A DNA stretch of 64,000 nucleotides from Octopus bimaculoides (taxonomy: Eukaryota), in the NCBI RefSeq assembly GCF_001194135.2, contig NC_068989.1, positions 32,475,096 through 32,539,095 on the forward strand. The letters are read 5' to 3'. A model generated the notes under the pieces. The model was not told where the DNA came from. It searched no databases and worked only from the letters and a program-made list of their open reading frames with translations. This document shows positions 36,384-49,380 of the stretch, in pieces. Position 1 is the stretch's first letter. Each line of letters starts with the position of its first letter. A program made the translations under genes and the position numbers.

Positions 36384-38363
36384 AAAGTGACGACGAGTAG
36401 ATCATTGATTTAGTAGGAAGTACTTATAGGATTTTGTTGAGATTGGATTGAAGTTCAGTGGTGTTTAATTTTTGTGTTGGTCCAGCATTGAGTGACTCCA
36501 TTTGTTTTACATCTTATTATTTTTATCTTCACATTTTGTTTTTGATGATGTCAAAAATATGGTTGTCTGGAGTAAAAATGAAACATTTTCTCAGTATTTT
36601 CAACATGCTGACTGAAAAGTCTTCAATTTTGTTGCTGGAAGTTGTTAGTGTTAAGTAGTGTGCATCATGTTTTGAAACATTGAAATCAGTTATGTAATTT
36701 ATTGTATAATTATGTAATTGTGCACCAAACTTAGTAATGACAATTGTAAAATGTTTTTCAATTTGAAAATATATTTCCATGTCAATAAAATGCACAAACC
36801 AGGACAAGAGGATGGGTGTGTAATTTACTCTCTGCATATTTTTTTTTTATTATGCAAAATACCTCATATAAAGTTAATCAACATTTGATCAGTGCTTAGA
36901 GTTAATATAAAATGTTTGTTTTCATTGCTACAAGTAATTAATTGGAGGTTAATGCAGGATTGTGGTTACCTCTGACCTCTTGTTGCAAAATTTCCAAGAA
37001 GCTAATAAGTCAGTTAGCTCCTTATTTGCAGATGTTTAGTGATTTACACCCCCCCCCCACACACATACACACAACATTGTTAGACCTCTTCCTCAAGGCA
37101 TAGCCTTTATTTTATACCTTGAGGAATAAGTTTAATATTTTAGAGTGAGAAGAAATGTTAACTGTATTGAAAGATAGGTAAGAGAGGAGGGAAAGTTCTA
37201 GTAGAGTGTGGTGGAGCGACAGTCTCCAACAAAGGGAAAATAAAAGGAATAACAGCAGATTTTTTAAAATGCTGAGATGAAGTAATGTTGGGGGAAATGT
37301 TATACAAATGATTTCCTTCCAAGCTAGTGCCATAAAATTTATTCTATGTAATTTTAANNNNNNNNNNNNNNNNNNNNNNNNNNNNNNNNNNNNNNNNNNN
37401 NNNNNNNNNNNNNNNNNNNNNNNNNNNNNNNNNNNNNNNNNNNNNNNNNNNNNNNNNNNNNNNNNNNNNNNNNNNNNNNNNNNNNNNNNNNNNNNNNNNN
37501 NNNNNNNNNNNNNNNNNNNNNNNNNNNNNNNNNNNNNNNNNNNNNNNNNNNNNNNNNNNNNNNNNNNNNNNNNNNNNNNNNNNNNNNNNNNNNNNNNNNN
37601 NNNNNNNNNNNNNNNNNNNNNNNNNNNNNNNNNNNNNNNNNNNNNNNNNNNNNNNNNNNNNNNNNNNNNNNNNNNNNNNNNNNNNNNNNNNNNNNNNNNN
37701 NNNNNNNNNNNNNNNNNNNNNNNNNNNNNNNNNNNNNNNNNNNNNNNNNNNNNNNNNNNNNNNNNNNNNNNNNNNNNNNNNNNNNNNNNNNNNNNNNNNN
37801 NNNNNNNNNNNNNNNNNTATATATACATATATATATATATATATATAAAACAGGAAGTAAATTATAAATTACGTTTCTTTTGATTGAAAAGATGAATATA
37901 TATAGGAATGCAGGAGAGAAGTGCTCAAATGATATTGAGCCAGAGACTCATATCAATAATATAGGGTTAGGGTTAACATTGAAATCAGGTTAACAAGCTT
38001 TATATATCCACGCTTCTACACTTCGTTACATATAAATGATACCATGACTTTCAAATGTCAAAAAAACATACACCAGGTAAAAATCACATAGAAAAAAATA
38101 CAAAATACACAGGACTTGCCTAGAAAACGTATATAAAAGTTTACTAAAAATCATCTTAAAAAGATTATTACAGGAAGTTATTTGACTAAAAATTTAAAGA
38201 GAAAAGTATATCAAAAAAAATTTATGCCAAACTACAAAAATTATATATATAATGTAAAAGTCAATATAGTCGTAGTCCATTATAATTGCAGGAGAATATA
38301 AATCGAATCCAGTAACTAATCCACATGTTCGTGAATCATTCCAAAAAGTAATTTAACATCCAA

Positions 38364-38432
38364 CATCTATGGCCATTTTGAGAGTTCATGCATGCTATAC
38401 GTATCTTAAGCAATGACCTCTTCATCAGGATG
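38364..38432 (-). ncRNA. Decayed hammerhead ribozyme (GAAA mutated to AAAA)
   Basis: Stem I CATC/GATG; CTGATGA; stem II AGAG..CTCT; palindromic stem III ATGGCCAT; AUA site. The core mutation corresponds to plus-strand TG at 38379-38380, consistent with CpG decay. Confidence 0.5.
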
Positions 38433-38459
38433 AACAAAGTTTCAAAGAGTTACACATTT

Positions 38460-39550
38460 TTCTTTATTACTCACAAGGGCCTAAACGAAGAGGGACAGAC
38501 AAACATATATGTGGGGGAAAAATAAAAACGAATGAAAAAGATGGTTATGAATAATGGAAGGTGGAATGACGGCCACTCAACCCCTACATCCAAGCAACCT
38601 CATTTAAACTATTTTGTTAGAATTTTTTTGCCTTTACAGCATTAATTCATTACAAATAGTTCAAGATGGCGAAAGGCCACCCATGGTGGCAACTTACTTA
38701 CATCTACCTCTTTTTCTAAGTCCACAATCTCCGCTCCGAACCTTTTCTTTAGTGCACTCCTCTCTTCATTGCTTACTATGCGCATTCAACGTGCTCAGGC
38801 CATCCCTCACATTTTGAAACGTCCACCGACATTTAGGACTTTATTTCCTCTTATTCTATTGCTGTACAAAATAGAATACTGTATTTTCCTTTTTTTCTTT
38901 TTGGGGTGCGGATGGGGGAATTTTGGGATCCTGTATGTTTGTCTTTGTGTCTGTGTCAGGCGGAGCGGGGTGAGGGTTGGTGACTGCAGGAGGAGGGTAG
39001 GACAGGGTGGGAATAGGGTTAGGGTTCACATTTTCACTTTGATTCTTTCTTTCCTTCACTTTGGTTTCTTTGATGCTGTATTCCATCCATCTTTCTCTTC
39101 TGTTTCCTGATGCTCTTCCTCCTTCTCCAGCTCCTTTTTGCTCACACATGATGTCACAAGAGGTGGAGGTGAGGTTTCTGTCATTGTTTCCTTTGCGGTA
39201 GGTGGAGGGCAGTCTGCTTTTATGTGACCTTTTTGGCGATATTTAAAGTAATGGTACATGCTGCTCTCCACCATGACTCTCAGCCACCATCTCTAAATCT
39301 TCCAGGGTGGCCTGAATTATCATTTCCAGGCCCTGCCCATGCCAATTTCTTTGTGGTACACTTTTGGTCTGGAGGACCATCACCTTTTCCTCCATTCCCA
39401 AAAGGATGGCGGCTACCAGCCATGCAACACCCACCTCAGGAGGGATCTCTTCCACCCTTACCCTAGAAGCACGCCTTCCCAGGAAAATGGGTAGCAGAAC
39501 CACATCGTCCGTTTTGAAGAAAGTCACAGCATGTTGCCTGGCTAAAGCCG
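38460..39550 (-). mobile_element. L1/Tx1-like LINE remnant: ORF1 with zinc knuckle, possible endonuclease start and 3' tail
   Basis: HYFKYRQKGHIKADCP (decayed C..C...GH....C), preceded by RVRVEEIPPEV..WLVAAIL and followed by a Lys/Glu/Pro-rich linker. Confidence 0.65.
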
Positions 39551-39612
39551 CTGATGTAAACCACACCTCCATATTCATATATATATGTATACACACACGC
39601 ATATATATACAT

Positions 39613-39647
<35 letters not shown>

Positions 39648-39689
39648 TATATAAATACATATATATGTATTTAAAAATTTTTTTTATCT

Positions 39690-40130
39690 AGTTTCAGTTC
39701 ATGAGCTATGGCCATGCTGGGGCACCGCCATTTGGTGTTGTTACATAATTTTACTTCACGAATGCTTTTCAGGAATTGACATTTGGTGCAGGAGAGAATT
39801 TGATGCAGCTGCCCTCATCTGCACCTCCTGCAGTGAAGTTGGTTCATCTGGGACACTTGACAGGAAGAGGTCCAGCTTTATTTTGAAGATACCTACATCC
39901 ACCCCATGCAGGTCTCTGAGGTCCTTTGGGAGGATATTGGAGAGCTGTGGACCTCTGAAGCCCAGGCTATCGCAGTATCTTGTCCTACATCTTTATGGCA
40001 AATTTAGAGACCTTGGCACTGTGCAGTGGCACCCAGTTTTAGTATTTGTGTAACTCTCGATGCCAAAGTTTGGGACAAGTCCTTCGAGGATCTTCCAGAT
40101 GTATGTTATGGCATATCTTTCTCATCTACA
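39690..40130 (-). mobile_element. CR1-clade LINE 3' end
   Basis: ERYAITYIWKILEGLVPNFGI..SLGFRGPQL..LD....PDEP, typical of CR1-type ORF2 C-termini. Confidence 0.75.
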
Positions 40131-40261
40131 CTCTAAGAAATAGTCTTAATTTCCCAATAGCTTATATACTGCATATATATGAGCTATATAGCTTATATGC
40201 TGCATATATATATATATATCTATATATATATATATACACATATATGTATATAAACATATAT

Positions 40262-40296
<35 letters not shown>

Positions 40297-40765
40297 NNNN
40301 NNNNNNNNNNNNNNNNNNNNNNNNNNNNNNNNNNNNNNNNNNNNNNNNNNNNNNNNNNNNNNNNNNNNNNNNNNNNNNNNNNNNNNNNNNNNNNNNTTTT
40401 TATGTGTCTCGACCATACGTGTACTGATGAACAAAAGATGCAGCTTTCTTCACAGTTTTTGCTGTATTAATTGAGAAACAAGTGGTTTGCCGTTAAGTTA
40501 AATGTTTTTAGGAGATTAATTTTTGAAAGTTGCATTCCCTCGCTTTCGGTAAATATGTTGCTTATTTTTTGGTAGTTTTTTACTTATTTAGTCCCTCTAA
40601 GCGTGAGGCATTACTATATAGTTAATGCCCTTATATAAATTATATATATTTATGGGGAAAAAATGATGAGTTTTTTTCCTTATGGGGTTTTTTCACGCTG
40701 ACTACTTGATAAATTCTTATAAAGATTTTATCCTATATTATATTATATATATATATATATATATA

Positions 40766-41776
40766 AAATGGATAGGACTTTCATGCTATCAAGCAGTGAT
40801 TGCAAATTTAAAGTTTTTTCAATGGAAAATATGGAGATACCAAGAAAAAGAATGAATGAGGTACAAAAGCACGTGGTGTACGAGAATAGGATATTTCTGT
40901 ATCTAAAACCGAAAGCAGCAATTCTGAAGAAACTGAAAGCGGCAAGAGCAACAGCAAAGATGATTTTCCATCAGAATGAAGTAAAAATTTTTTAAATGTT
41001 TTTATTAGCAATTTTTGAGGAGATGGGGTCTACCCATAGTCTTTCTTAGGAAGCGAAACGGTTAGACTTGTATTTTTTTCAGTATGCTTGTTTGAAGCGA
41101 TCACTGTGGGGAAAAAACTGTTACGCAGAATGTAAACAAACAGTATATGCCAAGAAAGCCCACGAAACGGGGGATCAAAGTTTGGAAAATTTGTGAAGTA
41201 AATTCTGGGTACTACTATTGATTTAGTTTTTATACAGGGAAAATAATGTTAGTCAGGTACGATGTGGTCTGGAATTTATCACTACCATACCATAACCAGG
41301 GCCGTATATTATTTTTTGACCAATCTTTTTAGTTCAAACTTGTGGTGGATTTAGGTGGATTCCAGTATTTCAGTTTATTTCACCTTTATGGTACACCTGT
41401 TCTGTTGTGCATTAAATTCAACTGATAATTTAGTGATGTGCGCAATCATACTATATCAAAATTTTGTTGCATACCCAACTGAATATTAGCTGATGATTCA
41501 TTTTCTATGGCGACGTTTAAAGAACATTTCAATATTTTTACCTTTTACTCAGTTTACTTGGATTTATCTGTAATTAGAGTCACTTTGAGACAAAAGTTAT
41601 GCAATAGAATTGATTAAGAACCCTTTCTTTAATTATGTTCCAAATAGCACATTAATATGTTGAAAAGTAAAAGAAGTTAGTTGTTTAATGAAACTAGTCT
41701 AAATTCATGATTATTTTAGAATTTAATTGAAACTCATGAGGGGTGTATTTTGGTCAGAAATATAATAACGAAAGGG
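40766..41776 (+). mobile_element. Internally deleted copy of the piggyBac at 2691-5191, in opposite orientation
   Basis: Collinear homology to 4920-4547, 4175-3940 and 3096-2691. Ends ...AACGAAAGGG followed by TTAA (41777-41780). 5' TIR not seen. Confidence 0.9.
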
Positions 41777-41799
41777 TTAAACAGTCCAACCTATGCCAT

Positions 41800-42950
41800 C
41801 ATGGACAATATGTTAAATGATTATGATGAGATGAAGAAAATGATTGTTGAAGGGGTTATATGCAGGGAAAGTATACAAAGTTGGTGAAACTGCACTTATG
41901 TGGAAGCACATGCCTGCTAAAACTTTTTTTCTGAAGAAGAAAAATCAACACCAGGATTTAGAGCTTCCAAAAACTGTCTGACACTTCTAGGAGGAATGCC
42001 ACAGGTGACATGAAGCTAAAGCCCTTCACATGTTGTTGCAAATATCTAAAGACTTTCAATGTAAAGTTTAATCTACCCCTGTTCAAAAAGGAGGCACAGA
42101 GAAGTTTGCAAATATACTAGACATAGTATTGGTTTCAAATTTTGGCACAAGGCCAGCAATTTGGTTGGAGGGGACAAGTTAATTACATCAATCCCAGTGC
42201 TCAACTTATTTTATCAATCCTGAAAGGATGAAAGGCCAAATGGACCTTGGCAAAATTTGAACCCAAAATGCAAAAATGGACCAAAGGCCATTAAGCATTT
42301 TGCCTCACATGCTAACAATTCTGCCAGCTCGCTGCCTTAGTACTAATCATAATAATTCCAACAAAGCATAGCTTCTTTTGAAGAAGGTAATCACCAAGCC
42401 ACCCAGTGAACTTCAAAGAGCTTTCTGATAATGTGAAATAGAATATATCCCCAAGAATGTAAAATGGCTCCAACAAATGGATTATAGTGTAACAGTTAAT
42501 GCTAAGGCATATTATTTGAGGTCTTTCAAGCAACTTATGATAGTCACTGACAAGGAGTATAACCCTCCAGTTAGAGAATTCTGGAAGAAGTTCAATGTAA
42601 TGGATTTTGTAGATAACAGCTGAGTCATGGGATGATGAAAAACTCCTAATTTCCTATGATGCTTGGAAAAATATATGGCCAGACTACATCCATGACTTTA
42701 CAAGTTTTCTATAAGCAGAAAGTTTACAAATTTGAAAAGAGACATCATTTTCAAGTGTCACAACACTTGCAAATTATGTTTTGAAGAAATCATAGAGGAT
42801 GATGTGGTTGAGTTGCTAGTGTACCAAAGTTTATCAGATGAAAATACAGAAATTCCACTAGCTTCTCATAAACTCACTGCAAAGAATATTGCTGAAGAGT
42901 TAGCAATATTGATTGAAGGGTTAGAAGGTTTGCAAGGTTTTTCTAATAAT
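41800..42950 (+). mobile_element. Tigger/pogo transposase remnant, interrupted by a SINE
   Basis: VYKVGETALMWKHMPAKTF..EEEKSTPGFRASKN.LTLL.G.NATGDMKLKP; later QMD..AYYLRSF..VREFWKKFNVMD..AWKNIWPD.IHDF. Confidence 0.85.
42130..42338 (-). mobile_element. tRNA-derived SINE (same family as 10640-10775)
   Basis: Head reverse complement GGCAGCGAGCTGGCAGAATTGTTAGCATG and the shared GATGAAAGGC..GACCT central domain. Confidence 0.8.
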
Positions 42951-42959
42951 GACCCTCTT

Positions 42960-43340
42960 TACTCTTTTACTTGTTTCAGTCATTTGACTGTGGCCATGCT
43001 GGAGCACCGCCTTTAGTTGAGCAAATTGACCCCAGGACCTATTCTTTGTAAGCCTAGTACTTATTCTATCGGTCTCTTTTTGCCGAACTGCTAAGTTAGG
43101 GGGATGTAAACATACCAGCATCGGTTATCAAGTGATGGTGGGGGGACAAACACAGACACACAAACACACATACATATACGACGAGCTTCTTTCAGTTTCT
43201 GTCTACCAAATCCACTCACATGGCTTTGGTCAGCCCGAGGCTATAGTAGAAGACACTTGCCCAAGGTGCCACACAGTGGGATTGAACCTGGAACCATGTG
43301 GTTGGTAAGCAAGCTACTTACCACACAGCCACTCCTGCAC
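42960..43340 (-). mobile_element. Full-length CORE-like tRNA SINE
   Basis: Head, GGCACCTTGGGCAAGTGTCTT core, (TG)n spacer and GCATGGCCACAGTCAAATGACTGAAACAAG tail. Confidence 0.88.
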
Positions 43341-44599
43341 CTATCATGAAAGTAACAAAAATTACACAAAGAATTTACCATAAGCTCCATTCCTACACTG
43401 AGCTGTACAAAGAGATGATGCATTACAAATATAAAAAAAAAATCTTTGGATAAGCTCATCTTTCAAGCTGTCAATGATGATGATGAATTATAAGATTTGT
43501 CAATGATGATGATGAATTATAAGATAGTGTCCTCATCTTCCCTGTAACTCACCTCTCACATAATAGTAATTTTTTTTGTGGTAAGAACACACCCTCCCTT
43601 TTACAATAGGATTCTTATTTACTCCTTAATGTATTTCTCTTCAAATGTTTTTGCATATACATATAGTACTGTGTATGTTTAGAAATTGTTATTTTCACAT
43701 ATAAAAAGAGGCTATGTTGATTGATTGTTTGTTTTTAATTGTTGTTGAGGGGCTTTTTGCCAAAAAATCTAGTAGAATGCATCTCACTTTATAACATGAA
43801 AAATTAATGGGAAAATTAATTTTGTTACAAGATTTTCAGAAATACATTATTTCTATAATGTGAGAGATTCCTGTGTTTTTAAAATTCATCTAACAATATT
43901 TTGGTCAGAAAATAGAGTCAACAGTTCTTATTGATATTCATCCCTAGACAGCTGAAAGATAAAGTGAACCTCATATAGGAGTTGAACTAAGAACATTTCA
44001 ATGAAACTAAGTACTTTAAAATATTAACTACATGCGTTACTATTTCTGCTGATATTCACTTCTCATAAAATATAACAACTGGTATGGATATGGAAATATT
44101 AACCTGTGTGATTGTTATGACATTTAACTAACTAGAACAAAAAATTGCAGTAACTTAAACTAAATAAAAAATTTCGATTTAATTCCCATAGCTACATTCT
44201 TTTTGTTTAAACTTTCTAATTACAATTTTTAAAAAATTTTCTACAATATTATTTAGTTATAAAAATATTTCAAGTCTAACAGCATTCAAATCACCAACAA
44301 TAATTTATACATCAGTTTTCCAATGCTGGTACATTAAGATAGTTTTTAAACATAGCATCCTTTCGTGTGAAATTGTGGCTGAGACTTCTCCAAATGTCCT
44401 CAATATTTGACAATGCAACAACAAAAATCAATACTAATACCTAAACTAGTAAAACAAATGTACAATATACCACACTTCATTGGTAAAATTTTAATGAAAT
44501 ACATGCACTTTATTAGACTTACTGAATTCATGCAATATGAAAAAATTAAAAGAGAAAATGTTTTAAAGTTTTGGAAATCAGCTTTTGTATATACTTTAA

Positions 44600-44797
44600 C
44601 CCTTTAGCATACAGATTATTCTATCAAATTTAATACTTCTTCATATTGTTTTAAGCTAATCATGCATTATTTCGTAGCTTCAAGGTTTCAATGATGTTAT
44701 CACCTATAGGTTGGTGTGAGATACCAAATCTGGGCAGTTTTAACATAAAACAGGTAGATCATTTGGGCCGGATATGGCCGGTTCAAACACTAACGGG
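44600..44797. mobile_element. piggyBac-type MITE (~200 bp) with TIRs related to piggyBac-2
   Basis: TTAA-CCCTTTAGCAT ... AACACTAACGGG-ATAA. The subterminal GGCCGGATATGGCCGG resembles 8532-8551. Confidence 0.75.
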
Positions 44798-45314
44798 ATA
44801 AAATCAATTTGAAACCTCATAAAAATACTTTGTAATAAAACTATTAATAATAAAAATTCATAATAATAAAACATGGAGTATGGCAGCTTATGTCACTGGA
44901 CTAAGCACATGACAGTTTCAAATCTTCAGCCATTGCGATGTTTCACTCTTTATAAGTGAACGGATTAAATAACAAAAAATGAAATAGATTCTACTCATTC
45001 TTCACAACTGAAGTGGGTTAGCCATAAAAATAATTGCTCCTAGAAATAAAGCTTGCAAGCAGGGAAAAAAAAAGAGGAAAAAAAGAAAACCTACCAGGTG
45101 GTCAGAGTAAGTAGCATCTCCCAATTCTTTTTAAATATCCAATATAAGAAAACTCCTGAAACAGAAAAAATATTTTGATCATTATACCTAATGCAAATTT
45201 TACTATTTTATTCTTTTTTTTTTTTCTGTTGCCATGAAGGCAGTATCTCAAACTGCAGTTTAGTGACTGCAACAAGAAGAAAGTCAAATCTTTATTGTTT
45301 TTTTCTTTTAATAG

Positions 45315-45660
45315 TATGACTGTGGTTAAGAAATTTGATTCACAACCATAATTCTAGGTTCAGTTCCACCAGATTACACTTTGAGAAAGCACCTTCATGC
45401 TACAGCTTTACATTGACCAATGCCTTATGAGTAAATGTGGCAAACAAAAGATGTGCAGAAGCCTACCATATATGTGTGTGTACAGGTTTATGTCCCACTA
45501 CTTGACAACTGGTGTTGGATTGTTTACATCTCAGTTAATTAGTGAAAACAGACTGATAGAACAAGTAGCTTCAACTAAGTATTGGGTTTAGTATGATAGA
45601 CTAAAACCCTTCAAGGCAGTAGAACAGCAGAGCCACAATCAGATGATTGAAACAAGCTAA
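45315..45660 (+). mobile_element. Old CORE-like SINE
   Basis: Head GACTGTGGTTAAGAAATTTGATTC..GGTTCAGTTCCAC and a decayed tail GCCACAATCAGATGATTGAAACAAG. Confidence 0.65.
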
Positions 45661-45739
45661 AGAATCTTGTAAATAATAAGATCTTACAACCAGAACCAAA
45701 TATAAGAATTACAGTGAATTCTCTCTCTTTTTTCAGGCA

Positions 45740-45970
45740 CTTTGCCTATTGACATCAAAAATCGTGGATATCCATGCCAAAGGTTGAAGATACATAATTT
45801 TTTTCTTCTGCTAGTTTATATACGGTCTGCTTTGTTAGTCTCTTGCTCTCTTTATCATCAGTATTGTCACTGTTTTTAAGCCTGTAAGACTTTTCAAGAC
45901 AATGTTCTATAGCAGCATGTTCTTTCTGACACCAACCTTTACATATTTTCAGTTCAAATCTCACACAACC
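45740..45970 (-). mobile_element. RTE-type LINE linker remnant
   Basis: GWCQKEHAAIE..KSYRL..K..KQTVYKLAEE resembles WW..EV..AI..K..Y...K..K..VY.AK.E. Confidence 0.4.
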
Positions 45971-46087
45971 CCAACTGTGTGCAATTATGTGAGATTCAAC
46001 TATTATTTTGATACACGAGGTACAATAACTTTAGACACCCTATATCCTAAATAAAAGTAACTGGATGTTCAACTACAATATCTTTAA

Positions 46088-46303
46088 CCCTTTTGATACC
46101 AACCTGCCTGAGACCACTCCTGATTCTTTGATACAAACATCTCGTTTAAAAATGATCTAAACTAAAACCTTCCATCAAAATTTCCTTTTAATTTATGTTC
46201 CAAACACCAGTTTAATAACAACAAAGTTATATTACTAAATACTTATCATCAAAATTAATTGAACCAAAGTGTACTTTAACATAAATACAGTAAAATAAAA
46301 GTT
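46088..46303. mobile_element. piggyBac-type MITE sharing the TIR of piggyBac-1
   Basis: TTAA-CCCTTTTGATAC, identical to the TIR at 5180-5191. The internal TTATGTTCCAAA is also seen in piggyBac-1. The right end is decayed. Confidence 0.7.
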
Positions 46304-47779
46304 TATCACAGTTCAGCTGGGTTAAGTCTGGGACTAAACAACATTAATTGGAAACATCATATAACTCACACAAGCAAGACAGTTTCACAATCACAATCAA
46401 ACAAACACACTTCACTGAATCAACAAGAGCCTCAAGTCACTCAACCTGCTAAAAATAGCAACCAAATTCCATCATCACACTCCCACTGTCTTAAAGGAAA
46501 GGAAACATTTGACAATGTAACTAAAAAGGTATGATGGTCAAGTCAGAATACATTCGATCACAACTGTTCAATCAGGGCATACCTAGAACTAACCAGCAAC
46601 ACTTTTCATAAAACAGAAGCCAATGAAGGAGTCACTAACTCAGTAATGGCAGCCCTATGATGTCATCAACAAAAATTTAATACATCTCACAATACCAGTT
46701 TCCATTTTTTTAACAACTTACAAACTGTTGGTTGATGGAATATTAAGATAAAAGTATTTACGCTGAGAAATCCCAAACATTTAACCATCTATGTTCATGT
46801 ACATATGTACACATACAATGCCTATGTATTCTTCTGTTATCCATATACATTTCAGACACCTCACACCAGATACATACTGCTTCTTTGAACAGGAAGCTCA
46901 AAAATTTCCTCTAATAAGGACATAATAACCTAGTCTCATTCAACAGTACCAAGACAAACACTAACAGTAAGAAACAATCTTACACAATATCATGAGTAAC
47001 ACACATAGCTAAAATCCTAAACTTCTTGCGGATGAGAAAATATTTCAACTAATCATTTGCTAATTTTCTTTATGCTACCGCTACACTCTCAAATTCAAAC
47101 TGCCATCCAATGGGTGGCAAAATTTCACTCACCAATACCTTATGACTACAGCCTCTGCTCATGTAAACTAAGTTGCAGATTTTGCCAGGCTTCCAACATC
47201 CCAACTGTCCCTCCCACCAATTATTTGTCACCAAAACTGTAACCCTCTGGAATTCTTTCCATCTACACATATCTCCTACAGGCATCAATAGACAAAATTC
47301 AATTTAAACTTCAATTTAAAGGTCATGAATGCTGCTTTCCTCCTTTAATAGGAAGGGAATAATGTAAAAGTAGCATATATACATATGTATGAACAGATAT
47401 GTAGTACTGTCTAGATCCAAAAGTTGCAAAACAAGTTTTATATGTAGGGACAAGATTGACGTCTATTTGTTCCAGGAATAATTAGCAAAGTAAAATAATT
47501 TCACAACAGAATCAAATTTAGACTGGACATCATTTACTAAGACATACATAGTGAATACAGTTCATTCCTCCATAAAAAAAATATAAATATTCAAAATAAA
47601 TAAATGAGAATTTAAGATTAAACCACAAAACAGTCTCTACTAAAATCATAAATCACTTTACCATTGCAAATTTAGCACACATAGAAGGCGTCACCACTAT
47701 TATTATTTACAAATTTAAATTATACTAGTCTACAATCCAAATGTAACGTTTTTGACCTACCAGATCTAGTTTTTAAGTT

Positions 47780-49380
47780 ACTGAGCCCTATAATCATGTG
47801 GACAACTGCTATTTTTGTAGCCTAAATTTGAAGGGTATTAACTGGAAAAATCAACAAATGCTTGTCTATCCTAATATTGCCTCTGCTATTAGACCAGTTC
47901 CACACAGTGAAGAGCTTCCTGTTCCTGTCTTCAATGTCTTGCTCAGATAACTCTACCCTAAACCAAAGAAGACTCATCACCTGAAGATGACACTAGAGAT
48001 CAAGGCTTTTCAGTCGAGACTTTACCTCAGCTATTCTCCCAGGTAGAGCTGAATGATCTAGTTCGTGACTTGAACGTCCAAAAAAATTCTGCAGAACTGT
48101 TGCTTCTCGACTGAAATAGAAGAATCTTCTCGAGAATGGTGTCCGTATAACATTTTATCGGAGTCGGCATGAAGAGTTCCTTTCTTTTTTTTACAAAAGA
48201 GGAAGAGCTGGTTTACTGCAGAGATGTCAGTGGGCTTCTTAATAAACTTGGCATTGAGGAATACAAATCAGAAGAGTGGCGTCTTTTTATAGACAGCTCT
48301 AAGCGTAGTTTAAAATGTGTATTGTTGCACAATGGAAATGTGTATAGCTCTGTCCCACTCCGCCATGCAACAACTCTGAACGAAAAATTTGAAGAAATTA
48401 AGTTGGTTTTAGTGAAGATACTGTATCATGATCATAAATGGGTCATCTGCATTGACTTAAAGATGGTGAATTTTCTCATGGGACAGCAATCTGGTTATAC
48501 CAAATACCCATGCTTTCTTTGCATGTGGAACAGTAGAGACCGAGTAAACCACTATGTTAAGAAAGACTGGCTGTCTCCAACAAATATGGCTCCATGTAGA
48601 GCTGCCAATATATTGGAAGAACCTTTAGTTGAACAAGATAAGATCATTTCCCCCCTTTGCACATCAAACTCGGATTGAACAAGCAATTTGTCAAAGCTCT
48701 TGACAAAAACGGTGTGCTTCAAGTATATCTGCAGTGTATTTCCAGGCTTAGTGATTGAAAAACTTAAAGCAGAGATTTTTGATGGGCCACAGATCTGTAA
48801 GCTCTTGGAGGACACAAATTTCGTGAAAACAATGAGCAAAAATGAAGCATCAGCTTGGCTAACCTTTGCAGAAATAGTGCAAAATTTCCTTGGCATTAAT
48901 ATGAGCATCAAAATGCATTATCTTTTTAGTCATCTTGATTGTTTTCCTGAAAATCTGAGATGTTAGCGATGAACAAGGCGAACGATTCCATCAGGACATC
49001 AAGGAGATCGAAACTTGGTACCAAGAACGTTGGGATGCTGTGATGATGGCAAACTATTGCTGGTGTTTAAAACGAGATATTCCTGTTGCTTAACATACAT
49101 GGTGCACAAAGAAGCGTAAATTTATTCCTTGAATTTTCAGCCAAAAATCTTTGCCAATGTGCATTTTCAATTTTTATTTCTACTTTGTTTTGTATTACAC
49201 TCTCTTTATTGATTCATATGATATGCCTCTTGTATGAATAAAATACTTACTCTATCAGGTCTAGTCAGAAAACCAGACCTGAAAGAGAAAAACTGAAGTT
49301 ATTTTTGGATTTAGCAGGCAAAAATCAAATAGGAATTTGTTGAAATATTCCAGGCACCAGACCAAAAAAAAAAAAATTTT
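47780..49380 (+). mobile_element. Chapaev3-like (CMC superfamily) DNA transposon remnant; family name assigned from memory
   Basis: EPYNHVDNCYFC..YPNIASAIRPVPH; WRLFIDSSKRSLKCVLLHNGN; ICIDLKMVNFLMGQQSGYTKYPCFLCMW; PPLHIKLG..QFVKAL; FDGPQI; MHYLFSHLD; SDEQGERFHQDIK..MMANYCW. Frameshifts and one internal deletion. Confidence 0.7.

Noticed and set aside
37960-37980. TAGGGTTAGGGTT telomere-like motif (also near 39015)
   Set aside because: Only about two units; not an interstitial telomeric array.
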